Virus record (IMG/VR): IMGVR_UViG_3300006162_000048 | Span: 1 to 26,603 of that record | Length of the DNA: 26,603 nucleotides | Direction: 5' to 3' (one strand) | Origin: a virus | Lineage: Duplodnaviria; Caudoviricetes | Part shown: positions 25,450 through 26,603 of the stretch, piece after piece | How positions within the stretch are numbered: position 1 is the first letter of the stretch | Layout: the number at the start of each line of letters is the position of its first letter | Position numbers and translations under genes: made by a program | Notes under the pieces: model-generated | Seen by the model: the letters and a program-made list of their open reading frames with translations, nothing else | What the model was told of the DNA's origin: nothing | Databases searched by the model: none

Positions 25450-25775
25450 GCATTTCCATCTTTTGCGATGCACCATACGGCAACGAGGATGCTTGGTACA
25501 GGTTTGTGCTTGCTCACTATCTTCGGCACCAAACCTATCGCTCGATGGTCAGCGCACAGGTGACAAACAGCAGTATCCAGAGCATTATCCCCAAGGACAA
25601 CAGTTGGATGTTGCTCCATGCCCAGGAACACTTGGACATGGCGAATGCCCTTGGCTTACAGGCCAACCCAAATATCGGGGTAGTGGATATGACGGTTGCG
25701 GAGAATTACCAGCAGTGGATGCTCCAACACCGCGATGAGCATGCCAACTTTGACCTTGCCTTGGGGCTGACATGA
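25446..25775 (+). CDS. His-patterned helical hypothetical protein (109 aa)
   Basis: ATGA overlaps at both ends; three Hx3H motifs (HYLRH, HAQEH, HRDEH). Confidence 0.75.
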   Translation: MSISIFCDAPYGNEDAWYRFVLAHYLRHQTYRSMVSAQVTNSSIQSIIPKDNSWMLLHAQEHLDMANALGLQANPNIGVVDMTVAENYQQWMLQHRDEHANFDLALGLT

Positions 25776-26603
25776 GTACAGATTCGTCTACCGGGTATGA
25801 CCCGCTTGCCGGGATATCAGACCCTACGTTAAGCAGTAGTTTTGGGTCTACGTCCTCCACTTTTGCCGCCCCAACCAATACGGGGGTGACTGATTTCCTT
25901 ACGGGCACATCCAGCACGCCATACGACCCAACCGGAGCTACGTCGAGCAACAGCGCGGTCACTGACTATCTATCGGGCACCAGCAGCACGCCATACGGCC
26001 CTAGCAGCACAGACCCCAATGTGGGCGTTGGTGGGCAGGGTAGTGCTGGCGGCTCTCCCATATCAATCCCCAGTTCAAGCGGGTTCAATGTGGGAAGCAT
26101 GATTAACCAGATTGGTAGCGGGCTAGGCGCTGTCGCTGGCCCTGCCGCCCTCCTGGGCACGGCTACCCTGGTGGGCAAGAACCTGTCCAACAACGCCCAG
26201 GACTATGCCAACCAGTACAAGTCGATAGCCGCCCCCGCAGGGGCCATTGCACAGCAGTTCCAAACTCAGGTGCAGACCGGGCAGTTGCAGCCGTGGCAAC
26301 AGGCGACCATCGACAAGATGGTGCAGCAGGAGAAGGCGCAGGCAGCGCAGTTCGGGGCCAACACGGGCACATCCAACAGCACAACCAACCTGGGCGAGCA
26401 ACAGCAGATTGATACCAACGCCCTCATCCAGCAGGGACAGTTCCAACAGCAAGCATTCACCAACTGGCAATCCTCCTTCGGGGACTACGCAAAGGAAATG
26501 GGCCTTGGCATCCAAGCACAGATCCAGGGCGACCAGGAGATTGAACAGTTGTGGTCGTCTGTCCTGGGTGGGCTGGCGAAGGCTGCGGCTGCCGGTGGTG
26601 GTG
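25772..26603 (+). CDS. Probable internal virion/ejection protein (3' end outside window)
   Basis: Hand translation from ATG 25772 is open to the end: S/T/G-rich N-terminus, hydrophobic IGSGLGAVAGPAALLGTATLVG, then a Gln-rich helical region. Not in the ORF track. Confidence 0.7.
   Translation, partial: MSTDSSTGYDPLAGISDPTLSSSFGSTSSTFAAPTNTGVTDFLTGTSSTPYDPTGATSSNSAVTDYLSGTSSTPYGPSSTDPNVGVGGQGSAGGSPISIPSSSGFNVGSMINQIGSGLGAVAGPAALLGTATLVGKNLSNNAQDYANQYKSIAAPAGAIAQQFQTQVQTGQLQPWQQATIDKMVQQEKAQAAQFGANTGTSNSTTNLGEQQQIDTNALIQQGQFQQQAFTNWQSSFGDYAKEMGLGIQAQIQGDQEIEQLWSSVLGGLAKAAAAGGG

Overview
Structural and lysis arm of a tailed dsDNA phage with podovirus-like organisation, probably infecting a Gram-negative host because it has nested spanins. 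Genetic code is standard and no integrase or host genes are visible. A minus-strand MoxR/CobS-like AAA+ ATPase runs off the left edge and is missing from the ORF track. An ~830-bp structured non-coding region follows. The rest is one tightly packed plus-strand block: terminase large subunit, SGNH esterase virion protein, portal, head genes, major capsid, adaptor and nozzle, three paralogous tail fibres with two paralogous partner proteins, an outer-membrane beta-barrel-like protein, a lysis cassette split by a collagen-fibre module, and a probable ejection protein running off the right edge. The most interesting items are (i) an unannotated unit in the head module at 8978-9170 (promoter, possible pseudoknot, 18-aa protamine-like micro-ORF, twin hairpins), (ii) two structured non-coding elements upstream of terL, (iii) the duplicated fibre-plus-partner modules, and (iv) a collagen fibre with eight regularly spaced acidic motifs. 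All assignments come from reading motifs by eye and from gene order; no searches were run.
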